Positions 48,069-58,315 of a DNA stretch of 64,000 bases are shown piece by piece (position 1 is the first letter of the stretch; the number at the start of each line of letters is the position of its first letter). Source of the stretch: an uncultured Anaerotignum sp. (GTDB lineage Bacteria > Bacillota > Clostridia > Lachnospirales > Anaerotignaceae); contig CAKQVD010000003.1 of assembly GCA_934277605.1 (NCBI GenBank), positions 3,503 through 67,502 on the forward strand. Direction: 5' to 3'. The translations under genes were made by a program, and so were the position numbers. The notes beneath the pieces were generated by a model, which saw nothing but the letters and a program-made list of their open reading frames with translations, was not told the DNA's origin and ran no database searches.

Positions 48069-48781
48069 TATGCTTCTCCTCCTAAAAATTCTTGAATACA
48101 TCTGTGATATGCCTGAACGGGGTCAGCCGCCTGTGTGATAGGTCTGCCAACCACGATATAATCGGAGCCAAGCTCTCTTGCCTTTGCGGGTGTTGTCACA
48201 CGCACCTGATCGCCCACCTCGCCATCGGCAAAACGCACACCGGGGGTTACAGTCAGGAAGGCATCGCCGCAGACGGATTTTACCTTGCCTGCCTCCAGGG
48301 GAGAGCAAACAACGCCATCCAGACCGGCATCCTTCGCATTTTTTGCATAGTGCATAACCACCTCATCCAGAGGGTGTGCAATCAGCAAATCCTTCTGCAT
48401 CCGCTCCTCACTGGTAGAGGTCAGCTGGGTTACGGCAATCAAAAGAGGACGAGTGCCATCGGGCCTTGTCAAGCCCTCCAGAGCAGCCTCCATCATTGCA
48501 CTTGTGCCTGCTGCGTGCAGGTTACAGATGTCTACATCCAAGGCAGAGAGAACCGCCATGGCTTTTTTTACGGTATTGGGAATATCATGCAGCTTTAAGT
48601 CCAAGAAAATTTTATGGCCTCTTGCCTTGATTTCCTTCACAATCGCAGGGCCTTCTGCATAAAACAGCTCCATGCCGACCTTCAAAAAGGGCTTTCTGTC
48701 TTCATTTTTGAATTTATCTAAAAATGTCATCAGGTCTGCCTTGCTGTTAAAATCGCAGGCAATGATTACATCCTTACTCAT
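48068..48781 (-). CDS. pyrF: Orotidine 5'-phosphate decarboxylase
   Basis: [10 protein letters not shown] motif. 237 aa. Confidence 0.93.
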   Translation of the reverse strand: MSKDVIIACDFNSKADLMTFLDKFKNEDRKPFLKVGMELFYAEGPAIVKEIKARGHKIFLDLKLHDIPNTVKKAMAVLSALDVDICNLHAAGTSAMMEAALEGLTRPDGTRPLLIAVTQLTSTSEERMQKDLLIAHPLDEVVMHYAKNAKDAGLDGVVCSPLEAGKVKSVCGDAFLTVTPGVRFADGEVGDQVRVTTPAKARELGSDYIVVGRPITQAADPVQAYHRCIQEFLGGEA

Positions 48782-49692
48782 TTACGGGCACCTCCAATGA
48801 TGTCGTTTAAATCCTTAATGTTGTATTTTTCCATAACCCGAGGCAAATCCTCAATAATTTTTTTGCAGATAAAGGGATCAACCAAATTGGCTGCACCGAT
48901 TTCCACGGCAGTTGCACCGGCAAGCATCATTTCAATGACATCCTCCGCAGAGGAAACGCCGCCCATGCCAATCACGGGAATATTGACTGCCTCAGCCACC
49001 TGATAAACCATGCGAACAGCAACGGGGAAGATGGCACTGCCGGAAAAGCCGCCCATTTTATTTGCAATGACGGGCTTTTTGGTTTTCAAATCAATGCGCA
49101 TACCCATCATTGTGTTGATGAGCGCAATCCCGTCTGCACCTGCCTCCTCGCAAGCCTTTGCGATGGAAACAATATCGGTCACATTGGGTGTCAGCTTGAT
49201 ATAGACAGGCTTTGTGGTGACTGCCTTCACTGCCTTGGTAACGGCTGCCGCTGCGGCAGGATCTGTGCCAAAGCTCATGCCGCCGTGATGCACATTCGGG
49301 CAGGATACATTGACCTCCAAAATGCCAACCTGCTCCTCTTTATCCAGAAGGGCACAGGTGTAGGCATATTCCTCGATGGAAAAGCCGCTGACATTTGCAA
49401 TCACAGGCTTATGAAAGCATTTTTTCAGCTTAGGCAGCTCCTCGGAAATAACCCTTTCCACACCGGGATTTTGCAGGCCGACAGAGTTAAGCATGCCGGC
49501 AGGACATTCTGCAATTCTGGGGGTGGGGTTCCCGAAGCGAGCCTCCTTCGTTGTACCCTTAAAGGAGAAGGTTCCGAGAATATTGATATCATAAAGCTCT
49601 GCAAATTCATAGCCGTAGCCAAAGGTACCGCTGGCAGGAATGACAGGGTTATCCAGCGTGATGCCGCTGAGCGTCACTTTTGTGTTTACCAT
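48778..49692 (-). CDS. pyrD: Dihydroorotate dehydrogenase B (NAD+) catalytic subunit
   Basis: Class 1B DHOD core ([14 protein letters not shown]). Paired with pyrK. Confidence 0.93.
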   Translation of the reverse strand: MVNTKVTLSGITLDNPVIPASGTFGYGYEFAELYDINILGTFSFKGTTKEARFGNPTPRIAECPAGMLNSVGLQNPGVERVISEELPKLKKCFHKPVIANVSGFSIEEYAYTCALLDKEEQVGILEVNVSCPNVHHGGMSFGTDPAAAAAVTKAVKAVTTKPVYIKLTPNVTDIVSIAKACEEAGADGIALINTMMGMRIDLKTKKPVIANKMGGFSGSAIFPVAVRMVYQVAEAVNIPVIGMGGVSSAEDVIEMMLAGATAVEIGAANLVDPFICKKIIEDLPRVMEKYNIKDLNDIIGGARK

Positions 49693-50420
49693 ATAATTTC
49701 CTCCTTTACCAGTACGGGACCATCCTTGCAGATGCGCTTGTTGCCGTATTTTGTCTTACAGGAGCAACCCATGCAGGCACCAAAGCCACAGCCCATGCGT
49801 TCCTCAAAGCTGAGCTGACCGCTTGTTTCGGTAACAGCGGAAAGGGCTTTCAGCATTGGCTCGGGGCCACAGGTATAGAAATAGGTGTAATCGGGAATGG
49901 CTTTTACCACATCCGTGACAAAGCCCTTTGTGCCGACAGAGCCGTCTGCTGTGGCAATATGCACCTCTGCACCCAGCTTTTCAAATTCCTCGGCGTAAAA
50001 AATTTCCGATTTTGTGTTAAACCCAAGAATAACGATTGGCTTTTTCCCCTCTGCAAGCAGATTCTTCGCCAAGCGATACATCGGGGGAACACCCACACCG
50101 CCGCCAATCAGAAGGGGCTTGTCTCCGCTCTTGGAGGTATCATAGCCATTGCCCAAGCCTGTCAGCACATCTAATTTGTGCGGTGCCTTCATTTTGCTCA
50201 TAGCCTCTGTGCCTTTGCCGACAACCTTATAAAGAATGGTCAGCGTATTTTCGTCATAATCGCAGACGGAAATCGGGCGGCGCAGAAAAAAGCCTTTTAA
50301 TTGGATATTCACAAATTGACCTGCGGCGGTAATGGCAGAGGTATCCCCTGCCAAAACCATTTTGCATACGCTGTCGGTCAGCTTTTCATTGCTTTGGATT
50401 GTAAAAATAGATTGTTTCAA
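49686..50420 (-). CDS. pyrK: Dihydroorotate dehydrogenase electron-transfer subunit
   Basis: FAD/NAD-binding fold and C-terminal 2Fe-2S cluster motif CGFGACMGCSC. TTG start behind AAGGAGG. Confidence 0.9.
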   Translation of the reverse strand: MKQSIFTIQSNEKLTDSVCKMVLAGDTSAITAAGQFVNIQLKGFFLRRPISVCDYDENTLTILYKVVGKGTEAMSKMKAPHKLDVLTGLGNGYDTSKSGDKPLLIGGGVGVPPMYRLAKNLLAEGKKPIVILGFNTKSEIFYAEEFEKLGAEVHIATADGSVGTKGFVTDVVKAIPDYTYFYTCGPEPMLKALSAVTETSGQLSFEERMGCGFGACMGCSCKTKYGNKRICKDGPVLVKEEIIW

Positions 50421-50432
50421 GAGGGAACCTCC

Positions 50433-53400
50433 TTATGCATCAATGGTAGAAATACCCAATGTTGTTTCTTCCAAAACATCCAGCAGAACTCTCACAGTAT
50501 CCAGTGCAGTGAAAACGGTTACGTTGTTTTCAACTGCGCACTGGCGAATTTCCTGTCCGTCACTGTTGCTTGCTGCGGAATGAATATCTCTTGTGTTGAT
50601 AACATAGCTTACATAGCCCTGACGGATGGAATCGAAAATTTCCTCACTGCCGTCGGACAGCTTCTTTCTTGTTCTGGTACGAATGCCATGCTTTTTGAGG
50701 AAATCGGCAGTACCCTTTGTAGCTTCGATATTGAAGCCCAGCTCGTAGAAACGGCGAATGAGGGGCAGTGCTTCTTCCTTATCCTTATCCGCAATGGTAG
50801 CCAAAACCGTACCGTAGTTCTGGATATTCATGCCGGATGCCTGCAAAGCCTTATACAATGCTCTGTTCAGCTTATTATCATAGCCGATGGCTTCCCCTGT
50901 GGATTTCATTTCGGGGGAGAGGTAGGTATCCATGCCATGCAGCTTGGAGAAGGAGAAGGCGGGAACCTTTACATACCATCTCTGCTTTTCATCGGGATAC
51001 AGACCGAAGATACCCTGTTCCTTCAGTGTTTTGCCAAGGATCACCAGTGTTGCGATATCCGCCAGAGAATAGCCTGTTGCTTTGGAAAGGAAGGGAACCG
51101 TTCTGGAGGAACGAGGGTTTACCTCGATAACATATACGTTATCCTCCTTATCTACGATAAACTGGATATTGAACAGACCGATGATGCCGATACCCAGACC
51201 AAGCTTCTTTGTATATTCCAGAATTTTGCCCTTAGCCTTGTTGGATACGGAGAAGGTGGGGTATACGGAGATAGAGTCACCGGAGTGAACCCCTGTACGT
51301 TCTACATGCTCCATAATGCCGGGTACAAATACATCATAGCCGTCGCAAACAGCGTCTACCTCCAATTCCTTACCCTGAATATATTTATCAACCAAAACGG
51401 GCTGGTCCTCATTGATGGCAACGGCTGTTTTCAGATAGGTTCTCAGCTGATTTTCATCTGCAACAATCTGCATTGCACGTCCACCCAGAACATAGGAGGG
51501 GCGAACCAGAACGGGATAGCCGATTTCTGCCGCAGCCTTTACGCCTGCCTCGATATTTGTGACAGCCTGTCCCTTGGGCTGAGGGATGCCAAGCTGAGTC
51601 ATGATATGCTCAAAGGAGTCTCTGTTTTCTGCCTTTTCGATTGCCGCAACATCTGTACCGATGATGGTTACGCCGCGTTTCATCAGAGGCTCTGCAAGGT
51701 TGATGGCTGTCTGCCCGCCCAAAGAGGCGATCACGCCCAAGGGCTGTTCCAGCTCAACCACGTTCATAACATCCTCAACCGTCAATGGCTCGAAGTAAAG
51801 CTTATCGCTTGTTGTGTAATCAGTGGAAACGGTTTCGGGGTTGTTGTTGATGATGATGGATTCATAGCCGAATTCCTTGATGGTTGTTACAGCGTGTACG
51901 GTGGAATAGTCAAATTCCACGCCCTGACCGATACGGATGGGGCCGGAGCCAAGCACGATAATCTTCTTCTTGTCGCTGATACGAGAATCGTTGTCCTTTT
52001 CGTAGGTGGAGTAGAAGTAGGGGATATAGCCGCCGCAACCGCTGGTTTCAATCATTTTATAAACGGGGAAAAGGTTCATTTCTTTTCTCAGCTTGTATAC
52101 ATCAACCTCATTCTGCTTCCACAGCTTTGCAATATACTGATCGGAGAAGCCCATTTTCTTTGCCGCTGTCAGAATTTCCTTGTTGCCGACATTTTCCGCC
52201 AGAGTGGTTTCGTAATCGACAATCTTCTTGAAGGATTCCAGAAAATATTCCGTAATCATGGTTGCCTTGAAGATTTCATGCAGAGAAACGCCGTTGCGAA
52301 TCAGCTGTGCGATGGCATAAATGCGGTCATCGGGGCTTGTTGCAATATAGCTCAGCATATCCTCGTTGGACATGGTGTCGAATTTCGGCATATACAGATG
52401 GCAAACACCGATTTCCAAGGAGCGAATGGATTTCAGCAAACATTCCTCAAGTGTACGTCCGATGCCCATAACCTCGCCGGTTGCCTTCATCTGTGTGGAA
52501 AGTGTATTTGCGGCAGTTGCGAATTTATCGAAGGGGAAACGAGGCATTTTTGCTACGATATAATCCAATGCGGGTTCGTAGTTTGCGGTTGTTTCGCCCA
52601 GCTTGATTTCATCCAATGTCATGCCGACAGCAATTTTTGCAGTTACTCTTGCGATAGGGTAGCCGCTTGCCTTGGAAGCCAGTGCAGAGGAACGGGAAAC
52701 ACGGGGGTTTACCTCGATTAAATAATATTCGGAGGAGTTGGGGTTCAGTGCAAACTGTACGTTGCAGCCACCTTCAATTTTCAGCTCCTTGATGATTTTC
52801 AGTGCGGAATCACGCAGCATGGTAAAATCATGGTCATTCAGTGTAAGGATGGGTGCAACAACGATGGAGTCACCGGTGTGGACACCTACGGGATCGATGT
52901 TTTCCATGCCGCAGATGGTAATTGCATGGTCTGTACCGTCACGCATAACCTCAAATTCGATTTCCTTATAGCCCTTTACACTCTTTTCAACCAATACCTG
53001 ATGTACGGGAGAAAGCTTCAGTGCATGCTTCATAATTTCAGCCAGTTCGGCCTCATCATTGGCAAAGCCGCCGCCTGTGCCGCCCAGTGTGAAGGCGGGA
53101 CGCAGAACAACGGGATAGCCGATTTCCTTTGCCGCTGTGATAGCCTCCTCCACAGAGTAAGTAATCTGAGAGGGGATAACAGGTTCGCCGATGGATTGGC
53201 ACATTTCCTTAAACAGCTCACGGTCCTCCGCACGTTCAATACTATCAATGGGAGTACCCAAAAGCTCAACCTGACATTCCTTCAAAATGCCTTTTTTCTC
53301 AAGCTGCATTGCCAAATTCAGCCCTGTCTGTCCGCCGATACCGGGAACGATGGCATCCGGTCTTTCGTAACGCAGGATTTTTGCAACATATTCCAATGTC

Positions 53401-53606
53401 AGAGGTTCCATATAAACCTTATCCGCAATGGTGGTATCTGTCATAATGGTTGCGGGGTTGGAGTTTACCAACACAACCTCGTAGCCTTCTTCCTTCAAAG
53501 CCAGACACGCCTGTGTGCCGGCATAGTCAAACTCTGCTGCTTGACCGATTACAATGGGGCCGGAGCCGATAATCAGAATCTTCTTTAAGTCTTTTCTCTT
53601 TGACAT
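50433..53606 (-). CDS. carB: Carbamoyl-phosphate synthase large subunit
   Basis: 1057 aa with duplicated ATP-grasp halves and N-terminal KKILIIGSGPIVIGQAAEFDYAGTQA. Confidence 0.96.
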   Translation of the reverse strand: MSKRKDLKKILIIGSGPIVIGQAAEFDYAGTQACLALKEEGYEVVLVNSNPATIMTDTTIADKVYMEPLTLEYVAKILRYERPDAIVPGIGGQTGLNLAMQLEKKGILKECQVELLGTPIDSIERAEDRELFKEMCQSIGEPVIPSQITYSVEEAITAAKEIGYPVVLRPAFTLGGTGGGFANDEAELAEIMKHALKLSPVHQVLVEKSVKGYKEIEFEVMRDGTDHAITICGMENIDPVGVHTGDSIVVAPILTLNDHDFTMLRDSALKIIKELKIEGGCNVQFALNPNSSEYYLIEVNPRVSRSSALASKASGYPIARVTAKIAVGMTLDEIKLGETTANYEPALDYIVAKMPRFPFDKFATAANTLSTQMKATGEVMGIGRTLEECLLKSIRSLEIGVCHLYMPKFDTMSNEDMLSYIATSPDDRIYAIAQLIRNGVSLHEIFKATMITEYFLESFKKIVDYETTLAENVGNKEILTAAKKMGFSDQYIAKLWKQNEVDVYKLRKEMNLFPVYKMIETSGCGGYIPYFYSTYEKDNDSRISDKKKIIVLGSGPIRIGQGVEFDYSTVHAVTTIKEFGYESIIINNNPETVSTDYTTSDKLYFEPLTVEDVMNVVELEQPLGVIASLGGQTAINLAEPLMKRGVTIIGTDVAAIEKAENRDSFEHIMTQLGIPQPKGQAVTNIEAGVKAAAEIGYPVLVRPSYVLGGRAMQIVADENQLRTYLKTAVAINEDQPVLVDKYIQGKELEVDAVCDGYDVFVPGIMEHVERTGVHSGDSISVYPTFSVSNKAKGKILEYTKKLGLGIGIIGLFNIQFIVDKEDNVYVIEVNPRSSRTVPFLSKATGYSLADIATLVILGKTLKEQGIFGLYPDEKQRWYVKVPAFSFSKLHGMDTYLSPEMKSTGEAIGYDNKLNRALYKALQASGMNIQNYGTVLATIADKDKEEALPLIRRFYELGFNIEATKGTADFLKKHGIRTRTRKKLSDGSEEIFDSIRQGYVSYVINTRDIHSAASNSDGQEIRQCAVENNVTVFTALDTVRVLLDVLEETTLGISTIDA

Positions 53607-53678
53607 AATTTTTGTTCCTCCTCATTCTTGTTTTAACCTATTTATATATATGAAAAATAATTGCTTCCTGTTTTTATT

Positions 53679-54947
53679 TTACAATGCTTTTTCCTTCCAA
53701 GCAATATTCCCTTGATACATTGTGAGCTTGCACACACCAAAAACCTTTTCCTGTGCAAAGGGAGTGGCTCTGCCCATACTGAAAAAGTTTTCGGGGCAAA
53801 TGGTGTATTCCTTCTCCAAATCATAAACCGTTAAGCTGGCAGGCTGTCCCTCCTCTAAGGGTGTGCCGACACAAAAACGGTTTCTCGGATTGGTGTGCAT
53901 CAGCTCTATGAGCTTTTCTAAGGAAAGCACCCCTGTTTTAACCAGCTTGGTATACAAAATCGGGAAGGCGGTTTCCAAGCCGACCACGCCCATCATGCTT
54001 TTTTCCAAGCCTCTGCTTTTTTCCTCGGCGGAATGGGGCGCATGGTCTGTTGCAATCATATCAATCGTGCCGTCCAGAATACCGGCAATCAGGGCTTTTC
54101 TGTCCTCTTCACTGCGGATAGGAGGGTTCATTTTAAAACGCCCGTCCTCCTGCAGCATAGAATCATTCATTGTCAAATAATGCGGTGCGGTTTCGCAGGT
54201 CACATCCAAGCCCTCCGCCTTTGCCTTGCGAATCAGCTCCACGCTTTCCTTGGTGGAAATGTGGCAAACATGATATTTCACACCGGTTTCCTTTACCAGC
54301 TTTAAATCTCGTGCAATCTGCTTCCATTCGCTTTCGGAGCAAATGCCTCTATGCCCATGTGCCTTTGCATATTCGCCTTTATGAATATAGCCGCCGTTGA
54401 GCAGGGAATTATCCTCGCAGTGTGCAGCAACAATTTTGTTGTAAGTGCTGATTTTTTTCATTGCTTCACGCATGATTTCATCATTTTGCACACCTCGTCC
54501 ATCATCAGAAAAGGCGCAAACATCGTTTACGATTTCATCATAAGCCGCCAATTTCTCGCCCTTTTCGCCTACTGTGATGGTGCCGTAGGGGACAACCTCA
54601 ATGCAGGCAGTCTCACGGATGGCTTTGAGCTGCACCTCCAGATTTTCCTTGCAATCGGGAACCGGATTCAAGTTCGGCATGGAGCAAACTGCCGTATAGC
54701 CGCCGTGTGCCGCTGCCAGTGTGCCGGTTTTGATGGTCTCTTTATAAAAAAAGCCCGGCTCTCTCAGATGCACATGAACATCAATAAAACCGGGGAAAAC
54801 AAAACAACCGTTTAAATCATAAACGGGACACTCAGCCTGTGGTGTACGGGTGGAAATTTCGTTAATCATACCGTTGGCGATACATACATTGGATTTCATG
54901 AATTTGCCATGAATAAATACAGTTGCATTCGTAAGAATATAGTCCAC
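53679..54947 (-). CDS. pyrC: Dihydroorotase
   Basis: Metal-binding DVHVHLREPG. Amidohydrolase fold. GTG start behind AAAGGAGAG. Confidence 0.92.
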   Translation of the reverse strand: MDYILTNATVFIHGKFMKSNVCIANGMINEISTRTPQAECPVYDLNGCFVFPGFIDVHVHLREPGFFYKETIKTGTLAAAHGGYTAVCSMPNLNPVPDCKENLEVQLKAIRETACIEVVPYGTITVGEKGEKLAAYDEIVNDVCAFSDDGRGVQNDEIMREAMKKISTYNKIVAAHCEDNSLLNGGYIHKGEYAKAHGHRGICSESEWKQIARDLKLVKETGVKYHVCHISTKESVELIRKAKAEGLDVTCETAPHYLTMNDSMLQEDGRFKMNPPIRSEEDRKALIAGILDGTIDMIATDHAPHSAEEKSRGLEKSMMGVVGLETAFPILYTKLVKTGVLSLEKLIELMHTNPRNRFCVGTPLEEGQPASLTVYDLEKEYTICPENFFSMGRATPFAQEKVFGVCKLTMYQGNIAWKEKAL

Positions 54948-55008
54948 TGTGTTCTCTCCTTTCGTTCGCTAACTATGTCCTAAACTTATTTTTATCTAAA
55001 TCTTCAAT

Positions 55009-55037
55009 ACTATATCACAAAGGGAAATCGGTGTCAA
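55009..55037 (-). promoter_or_regulatory. Promoter of the pyr operon (TTGACA-17-TATAGT)
   Basis: Minus-strand TTGACA at 55032-55037 and TATAGT at 55009-55014. Leaves a leader of about 55-65 nt without an obvious attenuator. Confidence 0.6.
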
Positions 55038-55090
55038 GATATAGTTTTTTATAATTTTTTTACTACTATAAAAAGTGTTTCTGGATTTTG

Positions 55091-55119
55091 TTGACACTGT
55101 AATTTCCTTGTGTTAGACT
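55091..55119 (+). promoter_or_regulatory. Promoter of the pur operon (TTGACA-17-TAGACT)
   Basis: TTGACA 55091-55096, TAGACT 55114-55119. Confidence 0.6.
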
Positions 55120-55134
55120 AAATTTGTAAATTTG

Positions 55135-55287
55135 TGAGGTTTTTTGCAACTGACGGAACAAGTGGGCAACCATAGGGGAGCAAAAAGCCGTGAATATAAG
55201 CAGTGCAGAACTGCTTTTTGTCGACCGTCTGGGCAGTCCTGTTTCTGTAATACGGAAAGTACTACGGAATCGGACTGCCTTTTTCTG
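55135..55287 (+). promoter_or_regulatory. ZTP (pfl-motif) riboswitch with terminator expression platform
   Basis: P1 TTTTTGC (55141-47) / GCAAAAA (55180-86) encloses CTGACGGAAC..GTGGGCAACCA..GGGGAGC. The 3' sub-domain is CGACCGTCTGGGCAG, and CCGTC (55225-29) complements GACGG (55152-56). GGCAGTCC (55232-39) also pairs with GGACTGCC (55272-79), followed by TTTTT. Confidence 0.85.
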
Positions 55288-55350
55288 TCTGTTCCGAAGG
55301 GACGGCGGCAAAGGAAGAAGGATAGTTTTCATTTTTTGAGGAGGTAACCC

Positions 55351-55845
55351 ATGAAGAAAATTGGTATCGTTATGGGCAGTGACAGCGATCTGCCCGTAGT
55401 GGAAAAAGCGATGGCAACTCTGGAAAAATTCGGTGTTCCCTTTGAGGCACACGTTTATTCTGCACACAGAACGCCTGTGGAAGCAAGCGAATTTGCAAAG
55501 GGTGCAAGAGCAAACGGTTTTGGCGCCATCATTGCGGCAGCGGGAAAGGCAGCACATTTGGCCGGGGCCATGGCAGCGAATACAACACTTCCTGTAATCG
55601 GTATCCCCATCAAATCCTCTACATTGGATGGCTTGGATGCTCTGCTTTCCACAGTGCAGATGCCGGGGGGACTTCCTGTTGCAACCGTAGCCATTGACGG
55701 TGCGGAAAATGCAGCCCTTTTGGCAATTCAGATTTTGGCTGTGGAGGATGCGGCTCTGGCAGAAAAGCTGGATGCGGCAAGAAAAGAGGCAGCCGAAAAG
55801 GTTTTGGCAAAAAATAAGGCCCTGGAAGAAAAATACGCAAAATAA
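55351..55845 (+). CDS. purE: 5-(carboxyamino)imidazole ribonucleotide mutase
   Basis: GSDSDLPV and SAHRTP motifs. 164 aa. Confidence 0.93.
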   Translation: MKKIGIVMGSDSDLPVVEKAMATLEKFGVPFEAHVYSAHRTPVEASEFAKGARANGFGAIIAAAGKAAHLAGAMAANTTLPVIGIPIKSSTLDGLDALLSTVQMPGGLPVATVAIDGAENAALLAIQILAVEDAALAEKLDAARKEAAEKVLAKNKALEEKYAK

Positions 55846-55901
55846 AAAATCACTTTTCATATAAAAAAGGACAAAGCGAAAGCGCAGAGAGGAGAAAAAG
55901 A

Positions 55902-56939
55902 ATGAAAAGCCATAGTGAAAGCTATAAAGCAGCAGGTGTAGATATTACAGCAGGGTATAAAGCGGTTGAACTGATGAAGGAGCATATCGCAAAAACCATG
56001 TCCGCAGGGGTTATGGGTGATATCGGCGGCTTCGGCGGTCTGTTTGAATTGAATATGACAGGCATCACAAAGCCTGTATTGGTCAGCGGTACAGACGGCG
56101 TTGGCACAAAGCTGAAGCTGGCATTTCTGATGGATAAGCATGATACCGTTGGGATTGACTGTGTGGCTATGTGTGTAAATGATATCATCTGCGTTGGTGC
56201 AAAGCCCTTGTTCTTCTTGGACTATATCGCAGTGGGCAAAAACTTCCCCGAAAAAGTGGCAGCAATCGTTAGCGGCGTGGCAGAGGGCTGTGTGCAGTCC
56301 GGTGCGGCACTGATTGGCGGCGAAACAGCAGAAATGCCCGGCTTCTATCCCGAGGATGAATATGATTTGGCAGGCTTCTCCGTAGGTGTTGTCGATAAGG
56401 ATAAAATCCTGAATAACAAAACCATCAAAGAGGGCGATGTGATTTTGGCTCTGCCCTCCAGCGGCGTACATTCCAACGGCTTCTCTTTGGTTCGTCGTGT
56501 GCTGGATGTAGAAAACACAGATATCAAAACACCCTTGGAGCGTCTGGGCGGCAAATCCATCGGCGAGGCACTTTTGGCTCCCACAAAAATCTATGTAAAG
56601 CCTATGCTTGCTCTGTTTGAAGAAGTGAAGGTTAAGGCGGTTTCCCATATCACAGGCGGCGGCTTCTATGAAAATATCCCTCGTTCCATTCCGAAGGGCT
56701 TTGGTGCAAGAATCAATAAAGCGAGCCTGAAAACACCCCCTATCTTTGATTTGATTATGGAAACAGGCAATATCCCCGAAAGAGATATGTATAACACCTT
56801 CAACATGGGGGTTGGCATGAGTGTGGTTGTAGCAAAAGAGGATGCCGAAAAGGCAATCGAAATTTTGAAGGCAAACGGCGAGGACGCTTATATCATGGGC
56901 GAAATCATTACATCCGAGGAAGGTGTTGTCATTGTCTAA
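55902..56939 (+). CDS. purM: Phosphoribosylformylglycinamidine cyclo-ligase (AIR synthetase)
   Basis: [15 protein letters not shown] and GTDGVGTK motifs. Confidence 0.95.
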   Translation: MKSHSESYKAAGVDITAGYKAVELMKEHIAKTMSAGVMGDIGGFGGLFELNMTGITKPVLVSGTDGVGTKLKLAFLMDKHDTVGIDCVAMCVNDIICVGAKPLFFLDYIAVGKNFPEKVAAIVSGVAEGCVQSGAALIGGETAEMPGFYPEDEYDLAGFSVGVVDKDKILNNKTIKEGDVILALPSSGVHSNGFSLVRRVLDVENTDIKTPLERLGGKSIGEALLAPTKIYVKPMLALFEEVKVKAVSHITGGGFYENIPRSIPKGFGARINKASLKTPPIFDLIMETGNIPERDMYNTFNMGVGMSVVVAKEDAEKAIEILKANGEDAYIMGEIITSEEGVVIV

Positions 56940-57543
56940 GAAAACAAGACTGGCTGTATTTGTTTCCGGCGGCGGCACAAATCTGCAGGCATTGATTGAT
57001 GCAGAAAAAAGAGGGGAGATTCCCAGCGGCGAAATCGCACTGGTGTTGGCGAGCAATGATACGGCCTATGCGCTGACCAGAGCGGCAGAAAACAACATTC
57101 CCTCTGTTGTGGTTAAGCGTAAGGAATTTGAAACACAGCTTGCATACGAAGAAGCGGTTAAGGCAATTCTTGCGGAAAACAGTATTGATATGATTGTTTT
57201 GGCAGGCTTTATGTCTATCCTCAGCGAAAATTTTACCGCTGCATATCCCAAACGTATCGTGAATGTGCATCCCTCCTTGATTCCCTCCTTCTGCGGCAAG
57301 GGCTTCTATGGTCTGCATGTGCATGAGGCGGCATTGGAATACGGCGTAAAGGTAACAGGTGCAACAGTGCATTATGTAAATGAAATCCCTGACGGCGGCG
57401 AAATTATTTTGCAGAAGGCCGTTGAAATTCAAGAGGGAGATACCCCTGAGGTACTGCAAAAGAGAGTGATGGAGCAGGCGGAGTGGGTTCTCCTGCCCAA
57501 AGCGGTTGAAATGGTGGCAGCAAGGCTGCAGAAAGGACTGTAA
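56923..57543 (+). CDS. purN: Phosphoribosylglycinamide formyltransferase
   Basis: [17 protein letters not shown] and NVHPSLIP. Non-ATG start (GTG 56923 or TTG 56926/56932) overlapping the purM end. Confidence 0.9.
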   Translation: MLSLSKKTRLAVFVSGGGTNLQALIDAEKRGEIPSGEIALVLASNDTAYALTRAAENNIPSVVVKRKEFETQLAYEEAVKAILAENSIDMIVLAGFMSILSENFTAAYPKRIVNVHPSLIPSFCGKGFYGLHVHEAALEYGVKVTGATVHYVNEIPDGGEIILQKAVEIQEGDTPEVLQKRVMEQAEWVLLPKAVEMVAARLQKGL

Positions 57544-57547
57544 GAGC

Positions 57548-58267
57548 ATGAATGTATATAAAAAGGACACCATGAAGGATTTGGTAAAGGATAACAGCTA
57601 TGTCGGCAGAGGCATTGTGATCGGCAAAACAGAGGACGGCACAAAGGCGGCTGTTGCATATTTCATCATGGGGCGCAGCGAAAACAGCCGAAACCGTATC
57701 TTTAAAGAAGAGGGCGAGGATGTAATGATTTATCCCTTTGATGAATCCAAGGTGGAGGACCCTTCCTTGATTATCTATGCCCCCATCCGCAAGCTGCAGG
57801 ATAAGCTGATTGTTACAAACGGCGACCAGACAGACACCATTCGTGATTTTGTTGTGCAGGGCAAATCCTTTGAGGATGCACTGGAAACCAGAGAATTTGA
57901 ACCCGATTCTCCCAACTGGACACCCAGAATCAGTGGTATGCTGAGCTTTGCGGAAAATGATTTTACATATAAAATGAGCATTTTGAAAAGTGCGGATGAA
58001 GCCGGAACAGCCTGCAACAGATTTACCTATTCCTATAAGGCAATCGCAGGTGTAGGCCACTTCCTGCACACCTATATGGGCGACGGCAATCCTCTGCCCA
58101 CCTTTACAGGCGAGCCGGAGCGTGCAAGCATTCCCAATGATATTGATGCATGGACAAAGGAAATCTGGGAAAATCTGAATGAGCAGAATAAGATTTCCAT
58201 TTATGTACGCTTCACAGACCTGAAAACAGGCGCAGTTGAAAACAGAATGATTAACAAGAACGCATAA
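57548..58267 (+). CDS. purO: IMP cyclohydrolase, PurO-like (archaeal-type) family
   Basis: YVGRGIVIGKTEDG..AYFIMGRSENSRNR resembles the PurO family. Sits exactly where the PurH cyclohydrolase function is expected. ATG 57548. Confidence 0.7.
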   Translation: MNVYKKDTMKDLVKDNSYVGRGIVIGKTEDGTKAAVAYFIMGRSENSRNRIFKEEGEDVMIYPFDESKVEDPSLIIYAPIRKLQDKLIVTNGDQTDTIRDFVVQGKSFEDALETREFEPDSPNWTPRISGMLSFAENDFTYKMSILKSADEAGTACNRFTYSYKAIAGVGHFLHTYMGDGNPLPTFTGEPERASIPNDIDAWTKEIWENLNEQNKISIYVRFTDLKTGAVENRMINKNA

Positions 58268-58315
58268 GCATTGTTGTCGGAACGGTTCCTTAAGGGAAGA
58301 AAGGAGTTTTACCAA

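Noticed and set aside
50301-52721. 806-aa ORF on the plus strand
   Set aside because: Antisense shadow of carB in the same codon register. It has no RBS and low-complexity Cys/Gly/Leu-rich composition.
54948-55008. Looked for a PyrR attenuator in the pyr leader
   Set aside because: The leader is short and AT-rich, with no terminator/antiterminator pair and no PyrR binding-loop-like sequence.
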